Origin: Chloroflexota bacterium | GTDB taxonomy: Bacteria > Chloroflexota > Anaerolineae > Anaerolineales > Anaerolineaceae | NCBI GenBank assembly: GCA_023381565.1 | Contig: JAMCRR010000096.1 | Location: 61,942-125,941, forward strand | Reading direction: 5' to 3' | DNA: 64,000 nucleotides | Part shown: piece after piece, positions 1 through 9,203 of the stretch | How positions within the stretch are numbered: the stretch's first letter is position 1 | How the letters are laid out: the number at the start of each line of letters is the position of its first letter | The notes under the pieces: model-generated | Told to the model about the DNA's origin: nothing | Databases searched by the model: none | The model's input: the letters and a program-made list of their open reading frames with translations, nothing else | Position numbers and translations under genes: made by a program

Positions 1-12
1 CTGGGAGGGGTC

Positions 13-456
13 TTGATTGCCTCAAGTCTGCTGGGGCTGATTTGGCTGGGAGCGATGTACTTGCGACCGGAAAGCAGGATTTCCAAAGCCGACGCGTCTG
101 TGGTAACCGTCGTCCCTGCTCCTACCCTCACGCCGGTATTACCCACGCCCACATCAATCATCACGCCGACACCCGGATCTACTACACCGATCCCGCCACC
201 CGCAAACGGTTCCATCGCAGTTGGCGTGTACGTGCAAATCAAAGGCACCGGAGGCGATGGGCTGCGGTTACGAAGTGACCCGGGAACCAACGGTGTGCCC
301 AGATTCTTAGGAGCAGAGTCTGAGGTTTTTCACGTCGAGAGCGGTCCTCGCCAGGCAGACGGTTTTACCTGGTGGTTTTTAGTGGCTCCATACGATAAAA
401 ATCGAAGCGGTTGGGCAGTATCAAACTACTTAACCATCATTCAGAACCCGAGTTAA
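13..456 (+). CDS. membrane-anchored SH3b-domain protein (possibly 5'-partial)
   Basis: It has an N-terminal hydrophobic helix (IASSLLGLIWLGAMYL), a Pro/Thr-rich linker and a C-terminal SH3b-like segment (GVYVQIKGTGGDGLRLRSDPG...GWAVSNYL). The frame is open back to nt 1, so the true start may lie outside the window. Confidence 0.6.
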   Translation: MIASSLLGLIWLGAMYLRPESRISKADASVVTVVPAPTLTPVLPTPTSIITPTPGSTTPIPPPANGSIAVGVYVQIKGTGGDGLRLRSDPGTNGVPRFLGAESEVFHVESGPRQADGFTWWFLVAPYDKNRSGWAVSNYLTIIQNPS

Positions 457-554
457 CCACGGCTAGTACTCTAACGATTTGCATTTTTTCTTGATTGCGT
501 CTATGATTCTTAGTAGGCAGATTGGTTTTATTTGCAACACTTGATCATGATTTA

Positions 555-911
555 ATGAAAGCTATAAGCCCGACCTCAATGACCGCCAACCGGCAAACCG
601 GTGAATTAACCATCGTTTGGAATGATGGGCATAACAGCGTTTATCCATTCAGGCTCCTGCGGGCAGCTTGCCCGTGCGCATCTTGCCGGGGCGGGCACGA
701 AAATATGAGCTCAGAACCAGACCCTGACGTATTCTCGACGACCCTTCCCGATTCTCCCGTCACCCACATGCGAAATTTGGAGGCGGTAGGCTCCTATGCG
801 ATTTCTATCGAATGGGAAGATGGGCATCAATATGGCATTTATAACTGGAACTACCTGAGAAAATTGTGCCCCTGCCCAATTTGCAGTGAGGAAAGGCGCC
901 ATGGCGGATGA
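555..911 (+). CDS. DUF971 domain protein (gamma-butyrobetaine hydroxylase N-terminal-like zinc-binding fold)
   Basis: It shows a duplicated W(N/E)DGH..xY signature (IVWNDGHNSVY, IEWEDGHQYGIY) with Cys clusters ACPCASCRG and CPCPIC. ATG at 555 is preferred over TTG at 522. Confidence 0.7.
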   Translation: MKAISPTSMTANRQTGELTIVWNDGHNSVYPFRLLRAACPCASCRGGHENMSSEPDPDVFSTTLPDSPVTHMRNLEAVGSYAISIEWEDGHQYGIYNWNYLRKLCPCPICSEERRHGG

Positions 912-1440
912 TTCGCTGGAAAACATCTACGCATATGCGGAGCGAGCTTATATTCGCTTGCAGGCCGGAGATGTGCTGATCCGATGCCTCGAAGATGCCA
1001 GCGTCACTCCCATGCACCAGCTCGTCGAGGCGCTGGTTTTGGCCGGGCCCGACAGCCTGGATGTGCTGCGCGAGATCCTTGCGGAAACCAATTCGCGTAA
1101 AGTCCAGGTAGGAGACGATCTGCAACAGGTACTGAGGGGGTTAAAAACGAATCTCGAAGACTACGGAATCCGGCTTAGGGGAGTGAAGAAACCCCTGGCG
1201 TTGACCCGATTGAAACCGGTCCGCTTCTTGAGCCTCTTACGAGCGCAAGGGGTGACCGAGGAACAGATCCAAACAACCTGCCTGCAACTTTTACATGATG
1301 CTCGCGAGCTGGTTTTCAGCCTTGAGGTGAATTATTCCCTTTTAGAAGAAATCGAACAGTACCTCGATGATTGGATCTGGGGGGTGTTTTATCAGACTGT
1401 GCGGCAGGGGCAGCAGAAAAGCTCCCAGCATTTGTTGTAG
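901..1440 (+). CDS. hypothetical protein
   Basis: This is a 180-codon ORF from ATG 901 with no recognisable motif and coding-like composition. It overlaps the DUF971 gene end by 11 nt. Confidence 0.45.
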   Translation: MADDSLENIYAYAERAYIRLQAGDVLIRCLEDASVTPMHQLVEALVLAGPDSLDVLREILAETNSRKVQVGDDLQQVLRGLKTNLEDYGIRLRGVKKPLALTRLKPVRFLSLLRAQGVTEEQIQTTCLQLLHDARELVFSLEVNYSLLEEIEQYLDDWIWGVFYQTVRQGQQKSSQHLL

Positions 1441-1445
1441 AAATA

Positions 1446-2669
1446 TCAGCTCTTCTTCCTGGATTTCTTTTTCATAAAGACAGCTGCTGCGCCGATCAAA
1501 GCGGCAAGTACGCCCAACCCAACGGTCGCCTGGACGACTGTTTTCGGCTCCATACCAGGCAGCACAACGCTGCCATCTCCATAGGATTCAAATAAGCGGC
1601 CCCAGGGGGTTTGCAGGGCAGCATTAACGCGTTTGCGGCCGATGAACGGGTACCAGTACACGTTATGGTAAAAATTGCTCGCAAAATAGCTCCACGGGAC
1701 GAGCGGGCTCTGTAAGAGCAGCTTTTCGAAAGGCTTGAGCGGCCCGTGGTAGATCAATTTCTGCCCACGAGAGGCGAATGTATCTCCCTGCTCGAAGTTC
1801 CAGGGAGGCTCTTGCGAGATGTCATATCCAACCATCTTGATTTGCCGTGGATCTCCAACCCCCAGGTTTAGCTCGTGCGCCGTGCGAATAAACGGTATGT
1901 TGAGTGGGTCGAACCCCTGCAGCCTGGCAGATACAGCATCTATGGCTACCTGGTCGGCAGAGGCGAGCAAGATATTCTTTTCATGCCAGCGCATCGCCCG
2001 CGGGCCCGGACCATCTCCGGCGAAAGTCCCATCCATTACTGCGAATATCCCTGGGTGGATATCCTGTTGAATCATGAGCAGGTCTACCAGGGTTTGGTGT
2101 ATCACGCTGTGGGTCCAATGGCGGTTGCGGTGGAGTAAACCGCCGAAGGCATTTTTCATGGCACCCGTGATCTGTGTGAAAACATGGGTCTTAATTGTCG
2201 GAAGATGGATGATATTTTTCCCGACCAACACCTTCGGGATATACACACCCTCTGGATAGACCTTATCCAACACGAGGAAGGGCCGTTTTGGGATGTAATG
2301 TTCCCATTCAAACTGCTCTTCATACAAGTAGACGCAGGGGATGCCATACTTATCAGTAATAAAGCGGTGTTTGTTATTGAATTCACCCACCCGCGTATCT
2401 ACGACCACGGTATCGTTGTGGATGCCGACCAAATCTGAATATCCAAGATTCTGTAAGGATCTAATCACCCCTTCGAGCTGCCAGGGTGTCGTCGAGCAAG
2501 CCGGGTACCAGGTCTGCCAGGAGATGTTGATCTTCAACCCGGTGGTTACCCCTTTAGGGAGGCTATCTTCGACGCACGCCAGTTTCATCAAGCGGTCAAT
2601 ATCCTCAAGAACTGTCTCCGGGGTCGTCTTTACTGCAGCAACAATTCCTTTTCCTGGGAAATCGGACAT
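1446..2669 (-). CDS. DUF362 domain protein with C-terminal membrane anchor
   Basis: It has a DUF362-type core (MDGTFAGDGPGPRAM...ASADQVAIDAV) plus a C-terminal hydrophobic helix and Lys-rich tail (LGVLAALIGAAAVFMKKKSRKKS). Confidence 0.7.
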   Translation of the reverse strand: MSDFPGKGIVAAVKTTPETVLEDIDRLMKLACVEDSLPKGVTTGLKINISWQTWYPACSTTPWQLEGVIRSLQNLGYSDLVGIHNDTVVVDTRVGEFNNKHRFITDKYGIPCVYLYEEQFEWEHYIPKRPFLVLDKVYPEGVYIPKVLVGKNIIHLPTIKTHVFTQITGAMKNAFGGLLHRNRHWTHSVIHQTLVDLLMIQQDIHPGIFAVMDGTFAGDGPGPRAMRWHEKNILLASADQVAIDAVSARLQGFDPLNIPFIRTAHELNLGVGDPRQIKMVGYDISQEPPWNFEQGDTFASRGQKLIYHGPLKPFEKLLLQSPLVPWSYFASNFYHNVYWYPFIGRKRVNAALQTPWGRLFESYGDGSVVLPGMEPKTVVQATVGLGVLAALIGAAAVFMKKKSRKKS

Positions 2670-2792
2670 GGGTTATTCTCCAATACATAGATCAGGTAGA
2701 TCTAATTGTATTCGAATACGATAGTTGCGTCTACCTAATATTCACATCTCCCCCAAATAAATCAGCGGGTACCCCTTCCGCTGCGAATTTTG

Positions 2793-3734
2793 TCACTTAA
2801 TCAGATTGGCAATCTTATTCCAGATCTGCGTAGATAAGACCTGGCGTTGTTCCATGGTAAAAGCCCAGAAACGGTCTTGTGCCCTGCTTAAGGGGTATTG
2901 AATATTGCGCGTAATATAGATGGTGCGGTGAAGCTCTAGCCCTTCAACGTCGACCTTTTTGACTCTCCCTAAGGCTAACCCTCGCGCGGCAGCCAGCTCG
3001 GAGACAAATGCGATGCCGATGCCTTCCTCCACGGCCATTTCGATTGCCTCAGAATTCCCGATCTCCAAAACCGGATTGAGCATGGAGGGGATGATGCCGT
3101 GTTTCGCCAGGCCTTCGTACAACACTTCTGATGAACCGGCATTATCCTCGCGCATGATCAGGGGCTGGTCGATTAAATCGGCGGGCAAGGCTTTGCCATA
3201 GGTGCCCCAGCAGTGATCGGGGGGAACGATCAAAATCACCTGGTCCTCAAACAGCGGCTGGTGCTCGATATCGTGGTGGTCGATGCGCTTGCTAACCACA
3301 CCCAAAGAGAGACGCCCATCCATGATCCGGTCGACGACCTCTTCACGGGTGAGGATGTTGATCTGCACGTGGACAAGTGGGTATTCACGCCGGAAACTGG
3401 CCACCAGGTTGGGCAGCAGGTATTTTCCAGAAGTGGTCGAGCAGCCAATCGAGAGCTGGCCTGCAACCTGCCCCTGGATATTATTCATCGCTTCTTCCAT
3501 CAAGCGGCTCGTGCCCATCACGTCTCGTGCCAGGGGAAGCAGGGCCTGGCCTGCCTCACTGAGCCACACAGATCGCCCGTGCCGGATGAATAGCTCTACC
3601 CCGAACGATTTTTCCAATGCCTGGATGTTCTGGCTGACGGCTGATTGAGATAAATTTAAACGAGTGGCGGCTTTACTGAAGCTGCGTTCCTCAGCAGCAG
3701 CAATAAACACCCTGAGTTCACCCAACTCGATCAT
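2793..3734 (-). CDS. LysR-family transcriptional regulator
   Basis: It has an N-terminal LysR wHTH (LRVFIAAAEERSFSKAATRLNLSQSAVSQNIQALEKSFGVELFIRHGRSV) and a typical ~310 aa length with a substrate-binding domain. Confidence 0.9.
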   Translation of the reverse strand: MIELGELRVFIAAAEERSFSKAATRLNLSQSAVSQNIQALEKSFGVELFIRHGRSVWLSEAGQALLPLARDVMGTSRLMEEAMNNIQGQVAGQLSIGCSTTSGKYLLPNLVASFRREYPLVHVQINILTREEVVDRIMDGRLSLGVVSKRIDHHDIEHQPLFEDQVILIVPPDHCWGTYGKALPADLIDQPLIMREDNAGSSEVLYEGLAKHGIIPSMLNPVLEIGNSEAIEMAVEEGIGIAFVSELAAARGLALGRVKKVDVEGLELHRTIYITRNIQYPLSRAQDRFWAFTMEQRQVLSTQIWNKIANLIK

Positions 3735-3927
3735 TGTCAGCTCCTATATTACCTAAACCCAATGTCATACTGCTCAATAGAAATGATCAGCCTGGCACGA
3801 ATCCCGCATCTCTACCGATGATCATTTTGTGTCAAAGGTATCATAACTAACTTTAGATTAATCTGCTAGTGAATTCCTTCCCGAATAGAGATGTAGTACG
3901 TAAGGAGATTGTGAAGAAAAATGTAAT

Positions 3928-3956
3928 TTGCAATTCGGCAAAATGCCTTTTATAAT
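3928..3956 (+). promoter_or_regulatory. sigma-70-like promoter candidate (TTGCAA-17 nt-TATAAT)
   Basis: TTGCAA lies at 3928-3933, followed by a 17-nt spacer and TATAAT at 3951-3956. This sits just upstream of the open frame of the Ser/Thr kinase gene. Confidence 0.5.
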
Positions 3957-3996
3957 CTAATCAAGTCCAATCCAATACAGCAGCAGGAGTTGCAGC

Positions 3997-5877
3997 CTGG
4001 ACACTCCATCAACTACCCAAAACCTGTCTGACCAAAACGGCTCCGATCAGAAGCTTGCCTCAGGATTCACCTTACTCAACCGGTATCTCATTCAAGAACC
4101 AATCGGTATCGGTGGAATGGGGGCGGTGTATCGCGCTAGAGACCTGCATTTTCCGAATGTTACGAAAGTAGTCGCGGTAAAAGAAATGGTCAACCAGGCG
4201 CGTGACCCTAAGTTGCGCCAAACGATCTTAGATAATTTCGAGCGCGAAGCCAATATCCTGGCTACCCTGAACCACCCCTCCATTCCGCGTATCTACGATT
4301 ATTTTACCCATCAAGAACGCTCTTACCTGGTGATCGAATACATTCCTGGGAAAGACCTGGAAGCGATGGTCGCCGAAATGGATGCGTTTCTACCCCAGGA
4401 GCAGGTGGTTATGTGGGCAATCGAGCTGTGCGATGTGCTTCATTATTTGCATTCGCACAAGCCGGAGCCGATCATTTTTCGCGATATGAAGCCGTCTAAC
4501 GTGATGATTACGCTGCAAAACCATGTGGTGTTGGTTGATTTTGGTATCGCAAAGATCTTCCGGATGGGCCAAAAGGGTACGATGATCGGCACCGAAGGAT
4601 ATTCTCCGCCGGAACAATATCGAGGCGAAGCGACCCAGCTGGCGGATATTTATGCTCTGGGAGCGACTCTCCATCACGTGCTGACCCGCAAAGATCCACG
4701 TCTGGAACCACCCTTTACCTTCGAAGAAAGGTCGATCCGCGCCATCAATCCATCGGTCTCGCCCGAATTTGAGACCATTATCAACACCTGCCTTTCTTAT
4801 GCTCCAGAGAAGCGGTTCCCAAACGCAGAAAAGATGAAAGAGGCACTGCAGGGTATCCTCCACGATCAGCCGACCCAAAGGAACAGGTTGGATATGGCTT
4901 CTATTTCCGGTCAGGCAATCGGAGTCAAGCCTTTGTGGACCTTTACCTGTGAAGATGAAATTCGAGGCTCTCCGGCATTAGATAAGGATATGCTGCTGGT
5001 TGGGGCATACGACACCAATTTATATGCAATCAATGCCGCAGATGGCAAATTTGTTTGGAAATATGCCACCGAGGGCGGAATCGTGGGAAAACCGGCGGTG
5101 TATGAAAATATCGCCTACATCGGATCTGAGGATCACCGGCTGCATGCTGTTTCGACCCGGTCTGGCAAAGTCTTATGGACGTATTTCACCGATGGACCGA
5201 TCCGCAGCTCAGTACGCATTATGGAAGGTCACCTGTTTTTCGGTTCGGACGATAATTATCTTCACGCGGTCAACATTTCATCCAACAGGCGCGTCTGGAA
5301 GGTGGAAGCACCCGGGCCGATCCGTTCGACACCCTATATCCTGAATGACCTGGTTTATTTTGGATGCGAAGATGGAGAGGTTTTCTGCATCGATTTCCGA
5401 GGTGACGTGAAATGGCGCTTTAAGTCGAAACGGGCAGTGACCTCCTCCCCGATTGTAGACAAGGGCGCCGTCTACTTTGGATCTCTGGACGGCACATTAT
5501 ATTCAGTGGATGCGAAATCGGGGTGGGCGATGTGGCGTTTCCGCCTGGGTAAGGGGACCATCTCTTCACCCGCGAAAGCAGATAACCTGGTTTTTATTGG
5601 ATCGGCGGATGGGTATATTTATTGTGTCGACGCCGCCACTGCACGAGAGGTATGGCGTTTTCAAACCGAATATCAGGTGAGTGGATCACCGGTGGTTTAC
5701 AGGGATTCGGTATACTGTGGGTCTGCCGACGGCTATGTGTATTGTCTTGAGTATCACACCGGGAGACTGCGCTGGAAATATCAGACAGGGGGACCAATCA
5801 CTGGAACCCCCTTAGTGTATAATGACATTTTATACATAGGATCTTCAGACCATGTTCTGTATGCCCTCATTGCATAG
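3997..5877 (+). CDS. Hanks-type Ser/Thr protein kinase with C-terminal PQQ-like (BamB-like) beta-propeller repeats; start codon uncertain
   Basis: Kinase motifs are present: glycine loop IGIGGMGAVY, VAVK, HRDMKPSN-like IIFRDMKPSNVM, DFG, and GTEGYSPPE. The C-terminal half carries repeated LYAxxxxxGxxxW propeller blades. The first ATG (4117) lies inside the glycine loop, so CTG 3997 with AGGAG 7 nt upstream is proposed as the start. Confidence 0.85.
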   Translation: MDTPSTTQNLSDQNGSDQKLASGFTLLNRYLIQEPIGIGGMGAVYRARDLHFPNVTKVVAVKEMVNQARDPKLRQTILDNFEREANILATLNHPSIPRIYDYFTHQERSYLVIEYIPGKDLEAMVAEMDAFLPQEQVVMWAIELCDVLHYLHSHKPEPIIFRDMKPSNVMITLQNHVVLVDFGIAKIFRMGQKGTMIGTEGYSPPEQYRGEATQLADIYALGATLHHVLTRKDPRLEPPFTFEERSIRAINPSVSPEFETIINTCLSYAPEKRFPNAEKMKEALQGILHDQPTQRNRLDMASISGQAIGVKPLWTFTCEDEIRGSPALDKDMLLVGAYDTNLYAINAADGKFVWKYATEGGIVGKPAVYENIAYIGSEDHRLHAVSTRSGKVLWTYFTDGPIRSSVRIMEGHLFFGSDDNYLHAVNISSNRRVWKVEAPGPIRSTPYILNDLVYFGCEDGEVFCIDFRGDVKWRFKSKRAVTSSPIVDKGAVYFGSLDGTLYSVDAKSGWAMWRFRLGKGTISSPAKADNLVFIGSADGYIYCVDAATAREVWRFQTEYQVSGSPVVYRDSVYCGSADGYVYCLEYHTGRLRWKYQTGGPITGTPLVYNDILYIGSSDHVLYALIA

Positions 5878-5992
5878 AGATTGAGTTACATGCCTTCTGA
5901 GGATTTGAACCGGGTGGGATAACCAAGGTGTGATGAGAATATTGCATATTCAGGAGAGAGGGGAAACGTGATTATGGTCAGGAGGCAAATCT

Positions 5993-6901
5993 GTGGGTAA
6001 TTTTTGGCAGAGATTATTCGGAAGAAAAGGGGAACCTCCACCTGAGCCTAAAGGACAGGCAACCGCAGTGGATGAAACCCATCCAGAATTGCCTGTTCAT
6101 CTCCAAGAGAACGTCAGCCATGTCGAGCCTGCTCAGCTGATTGTCGGCTGTAGCCAATCGATTGGGCGACAGAGAGAACATAACGAAGATTCTCTGTTTA
6201 CTCTCAACACAATCCTTGCCGGGGAAGATGACAATATTCCATTTGGGATTTTTATTGTTGCAGACGGAATGGGAGGCCACCAGCACGGGGAGGTTGCCAG
6301 CCGGACGGCAATTCATGCCATGTCTGCCCATCTGGTCAGCAAATTATTGGTGCCCTTCCTGGAACTCCCTTTTGGGCAGCAAGATATGTCTGTACAGGAG
6401 ATTATGAAAGATGGTGTTAAGCAGGCTCAGCAGGCTGTAATCGAGCAGGTGCCAGGCGGGGGAACAACCCTGACAGCTGCTTTTATTCTGGGAGAGCAGG
6501 TTGTGCTCGCCCATGTGGGCGACAGCCGGGCATATTTTTTCCCCCAAGACGGTCAGCCTGAGGTGATCACGCGCGATCACTCTCTGGTGAAGCGCTTGCA
6601 GGAATTAGGGCAGCTTACTGAGCAAGAGGCGGCCGTCCACCCACAGCGAAACGTCCTTTATCGAGCAATCGGTCAGGTCGAACCTTTTGAACCGGATATC
6701 TCTACCTACCCACTGCCTCATCCAGGGTACATGCTATTATGCAGTGATGGTTTATGGGGAGTTATCTCTGATGACGAGATTTTCCAGATTGTCTCTACTG
6801 CCGCAAATCCTGGCGTTGCCTGCCAGGAGTTGGTCCGTGCGGCGAACGAAGCGGGAGGTCCGGATAACATCAGTGTGATCATCATCTATTATCCTAAATA
6901 G
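5993..6901 (+). CDS. PP2C-family Ser/Thr protein phosphatase
   Basis: It carries the motifs EDSLF, VADGMGGHQHGEVAS, GTTLT, CSDGLWG and GGPDNISVII. The start is GTG, preceded by AGGAGG. Confidence 0.9.
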   Translation: MGNFWQRLFGRKGEPPPEPKGQATAVDETHPELPVHLQENVSHVEPAQLIVGCSQSIGRQREHNEDSLFTLNTILAGEDDNIPFGIFIVADGMGGHQHGEVASRTAIHAMSAHLVSKLLVPFLELPFGQQDMSVQEIMKDGVKQAQQAVIEQVPGGGTTLTAAFILGEQVVLAHVGDSRAYFFPQDGQPEVITRDHSLVKRLQELGQLTEQEAAVHPQRNVLYRAIGQVEPFEPDISTYPLPHPGYMLLCSDGLWGVISDDEIFQIVSTAANPGVACQELVRAANEAGGPDNISVIIIYYPK

Positions 6902-6925
6902 TAACCGGAGGATGAAGGACATTCC

Positions 6926-8407
6926 ATGGCTCAAGGATCCAACCATTACGCGATTCTAGGTGTTGCCAGGGACGCCTCCCCTGACGAGATCCGCGAGGCA
7001 TATTTTGAAGCTGCACGCCGGCTGCACCCTGATGCAAATCACGATCCGCATGCGGTAGAACTATTTTTGCAGGTGCAAGAATCTTACGATGTACTTTCCA
7101 ATCCGCTACGGCGTTCGGATTATGATGCCAGCTTGCCGGTGCTGGAGGTGAATGCGCCTGCGATCTCTACCAGCGTCAATTACAGTTGTATGAGTCTGCC
7201 ACGTATGAATGAGGCCCAACTTGTGTATGTTTTGTTGGATCTTACTTCGATCCCCGATCCGAGCACTGGAACGACTCCTCCGCTGAACCTTTGCCTGGTC
7301 CTGGACCGGTCAACATCCATGCAGGGTGCGCGTATGGATATGGTTAAATCGAATGCTCTGCAAATCCTACGCCAGCTGCGCCCTCAGGATATTATCTCAG
7401 TGGTGACATTCAGCGATCGCGCCGAGGTGCTCATCCCGGCGACCAGTATTTCAGATATTTCTAAAGTCCAATCTCGCATCAGCCTGATCCAGACTAAAGG
7501 AGGCACCGAGATCTATTATGGGTTGGAAGCTGGGTTGGGACAGCTGCACCGAAATTTGAGTCCGGCCTATATCAACCACCTGATCCTTCTTACGGATGGT
7601 CGCACGTATGGAGACGAAGAAGCCTGTTTGAAATTGGCCGAACAGGCAGCTGTCGATGGCGTCAGTATCAGCGGATTAGGGATTGGGGATGAATGGAACG
7701 ATGTTTTTCTCGATAAGCTGGCCGGCTGCAGCGGGGGCAGCACGATGTTCGTTTCTGTACCCAGAGACCTGCACGATATCCTGGAGAAAAAGTGCTATAA
7801 CCTCGCAAAGGTGTATGCTGAGCGGGTTTCTCTCGATTTAGCTGCCGGAGATCTGGCAGAGTTGCGTTATGCATTCCGTATACAACCGGATGCAGGCGAA
7901 TTGGTTATTCAGAATCCAATCCGGGCGGGGAATATTCCGCAGTTTCACACCTTACGGATTTTGTTCGAATATTATGTCAAACCTATTCCGGAAGGAGTAA
8001 ACGAGATAATATTAGGGACCGGGCAAATAAAAATGGACATTCCCACCCGGTCGATCCCGACAAGCAAGCTTAAACTGAACTTGAGGTTACCAGTTGGCGA
8101 GGCCGTCGATCAGGAACCAACCCCTCAGGCAATCCTCCAATGCATGTCCTTCCTGACGCTCTATCGCATGCAAGAGAAAGCCAGGCAAGAAGTCATGGCT
8201 GGAGAACCCCTGAAAGCCACCCACCGCTTGCAGTTGATGGCGACTCAATTGTTCAACCGAGGAGAAAAAGATCTGGCGCAAGTGATCTTAAACGAAGCGG
8301 ATACAATCCAGCATAGCCAGCATTATTCATCCGAGGGTGATAAACGGATCAAATTTGGGACCAAAGCGTTGTTGCTTCCGGCGGGAATCGAAAGGTTCGT
8401 AACATGA
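6926..8407 (+). CDS. J-domain / von Willebrand factor A (vWA) fusion protein
   Basis: It has an N-terminal J domain (YAILGV...EIREAYFEAARRLHPDANHD). The vWA domain has an intact MIDAS DxSxS motif (VLDRSTSM), plus VVTFSD and LLTDG. About 230 C-terminal residues are unassigned. Confidence 0.8.
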   Translation: MAQGSNHYAILGVARDASPDEIREAYFEAARRLHPDANHDPHAVELFLQVQESYDVLSNPLRRSDYDASLPVLEVNAPAISTSVNYSCMSLPRMNEAQLVYVLLDLTSIPDPSTGTTPPLNLCLVLDRSTSMQGARMDMVKSNALQILRQLRPQDIISVVTFSDRAEVLIPATSISDISKVQSRISLIQTKGGTEIYYGLEAGLGQLHRNLSPAYINHLILLTDGRTYGDEEACLKLAEQAAVDGVSISGLGIGDEWNDVFLDKLAGCSGGSTMFVSVPRDLHDILEKKCYNLAKVYAERVSLDLAAGDLAELRYAFRIQPDAGELVIQNPIRAGNIPQFHTLRILFEYYVKPIPEGVNEIILGTGQIKMDIPTRSIPTSKLKLNLRLPVGEAVDQEPTPQAILQCMSFLTLYRMQEKARQEVMAGEPLKATHRLQLMATQLFNRGEKDLAQVILNEADTIQHSQHYSSEGDKRIKFGTKALLLPAGIERFVT

Positions 8408-8925
8408 TCCAATGCCCAAACTGTCATTCTCAAGAATTGCCCGGGACATTATTTTGCAGTGAATGCGGGGCTCAATTGGTTTTTTCTCAGCCTCTTTCGA
8501 CTCAATCGATCTACCGTGGGCAAGCAGATGGTTCATCCCCTGGATCTCAACCGCTTTCGGAAGAAGCTCCCTCAATCTCTAATTCTTCGACGGGGGGCCT
8601 CACCGTTACCTTGCACGTGATTGATGCAGGAGAGATGATCCCGTTGACCGGACGCACGGAATACACGCTCGGGCGTGTTGCAGAGGGTCAACCAATCTTG
8701 CCGGATATCGATCTCTCCCCATACGACGCTTTTTCGTATGGTGTATCCAGACTGCATGCCGCTCTGAAAGTCAATAAAGATCAGGTGGCGATCATGGACC
8801 TGGGGTCATCCAATGGGACGAGCGTCAATGGGAAGAAAATTCCTTCGAGCGCCGATTACCCGCTCAACCATGGAGACGTGGTCAACCTGGGCAGGCTCAA
8901 ACTGCAAATCCTCATACGCCGATAA
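8404..8925 (+). CDS. zinc-ribbon + FHA domain protein
   Basis: It has an N-terminal CxxC..CxxC ribbon (CPNCHSQELPGTLFCSECG), a Ser/Pro-rich linker and a C-terminal FHA domain (YTLGR...VSRLHAAL...DLGSSNGTSVNGKKI). It shares a 4-nt ATGA overlap with the upstream gene. Confidence 0.85.
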   Translation: MIQCPNCHSQELPGTLFCSECGAQLVFSQPLSTQSIYRGQADGSSPGSQPLSEEAPSISNSSTGGLTVTLHVIDAGEMIPLTGRTEYTLGRVAEGQPILPDIDLSPYDAFSYGVSRLHAALKVNKDQVAIMDLGSSNGTSVNGKKIPSSADYPLNHGDVVNLGRLKLQILIRR

Positions 8926-8960
8926 ACTTTGCCAGACTATACTCTCATAGGATAAACGAT

Positions 8961-9200
8961 ATGCCAACGGTTATTCTCCATCTAATCGGTGAAGACCCAG
9001 TTATGGGGGAAGTGGATGAACTGCCTCAGCCTCACGATGCTTTATTGGTGGTGAAAAATCCACGTCGGAAGGATGGGAAGGATTTATTCTATCTGGAAAC
9101 GAATGTTGTTCAGGTAATCTGGCCGGTGGCGAGGGTCAATTTTATCGAGATTTTACCCTCTGCAGAAGAAGAGGAAATTATCGGCTTTGTACGGGAGTAA
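8961..9200 (+). CDS. hypothetical small protein (79 aa, acidic C-terminus)
   Basis: This is an ATG-started ORF that ends 3 nt before the response regulator start. I recognised no motif. Confidence 0.45.
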   Translation: MPTVILHLIGEDPVMGEVDELPQPHDALLVVKNPRRKDGKDLFYLETNVVQVIWPVARVNFIEILPSAEEEEIIGFVRE

Positions 9201-9203
9201 GAC

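Noticed and set aside
2763-2783. A 6-bp hairpin (CAGCGG / CCGCTG) lies downstream of the minus-strand LysR gene. I considered it as a terminator.
   Set aside because: The stem is short with a 9-nt loop, and only an interrupted T-run (ATTTATTT) follows on the minus strand. This is too weak to call.
3911-3955. A 14-codon mini-ORF (GTG, preceded by AAGGAG) lies upstream of the kinase. I considered it as a possible leader peptide or displaced kinase start.
   Set aside because: It is out of frame with the kinase. It lies upstream of, and overlaps, the predicted -35/-10 promoter, and the SD spacing is only 3 nt. There is no evidence it is translated.
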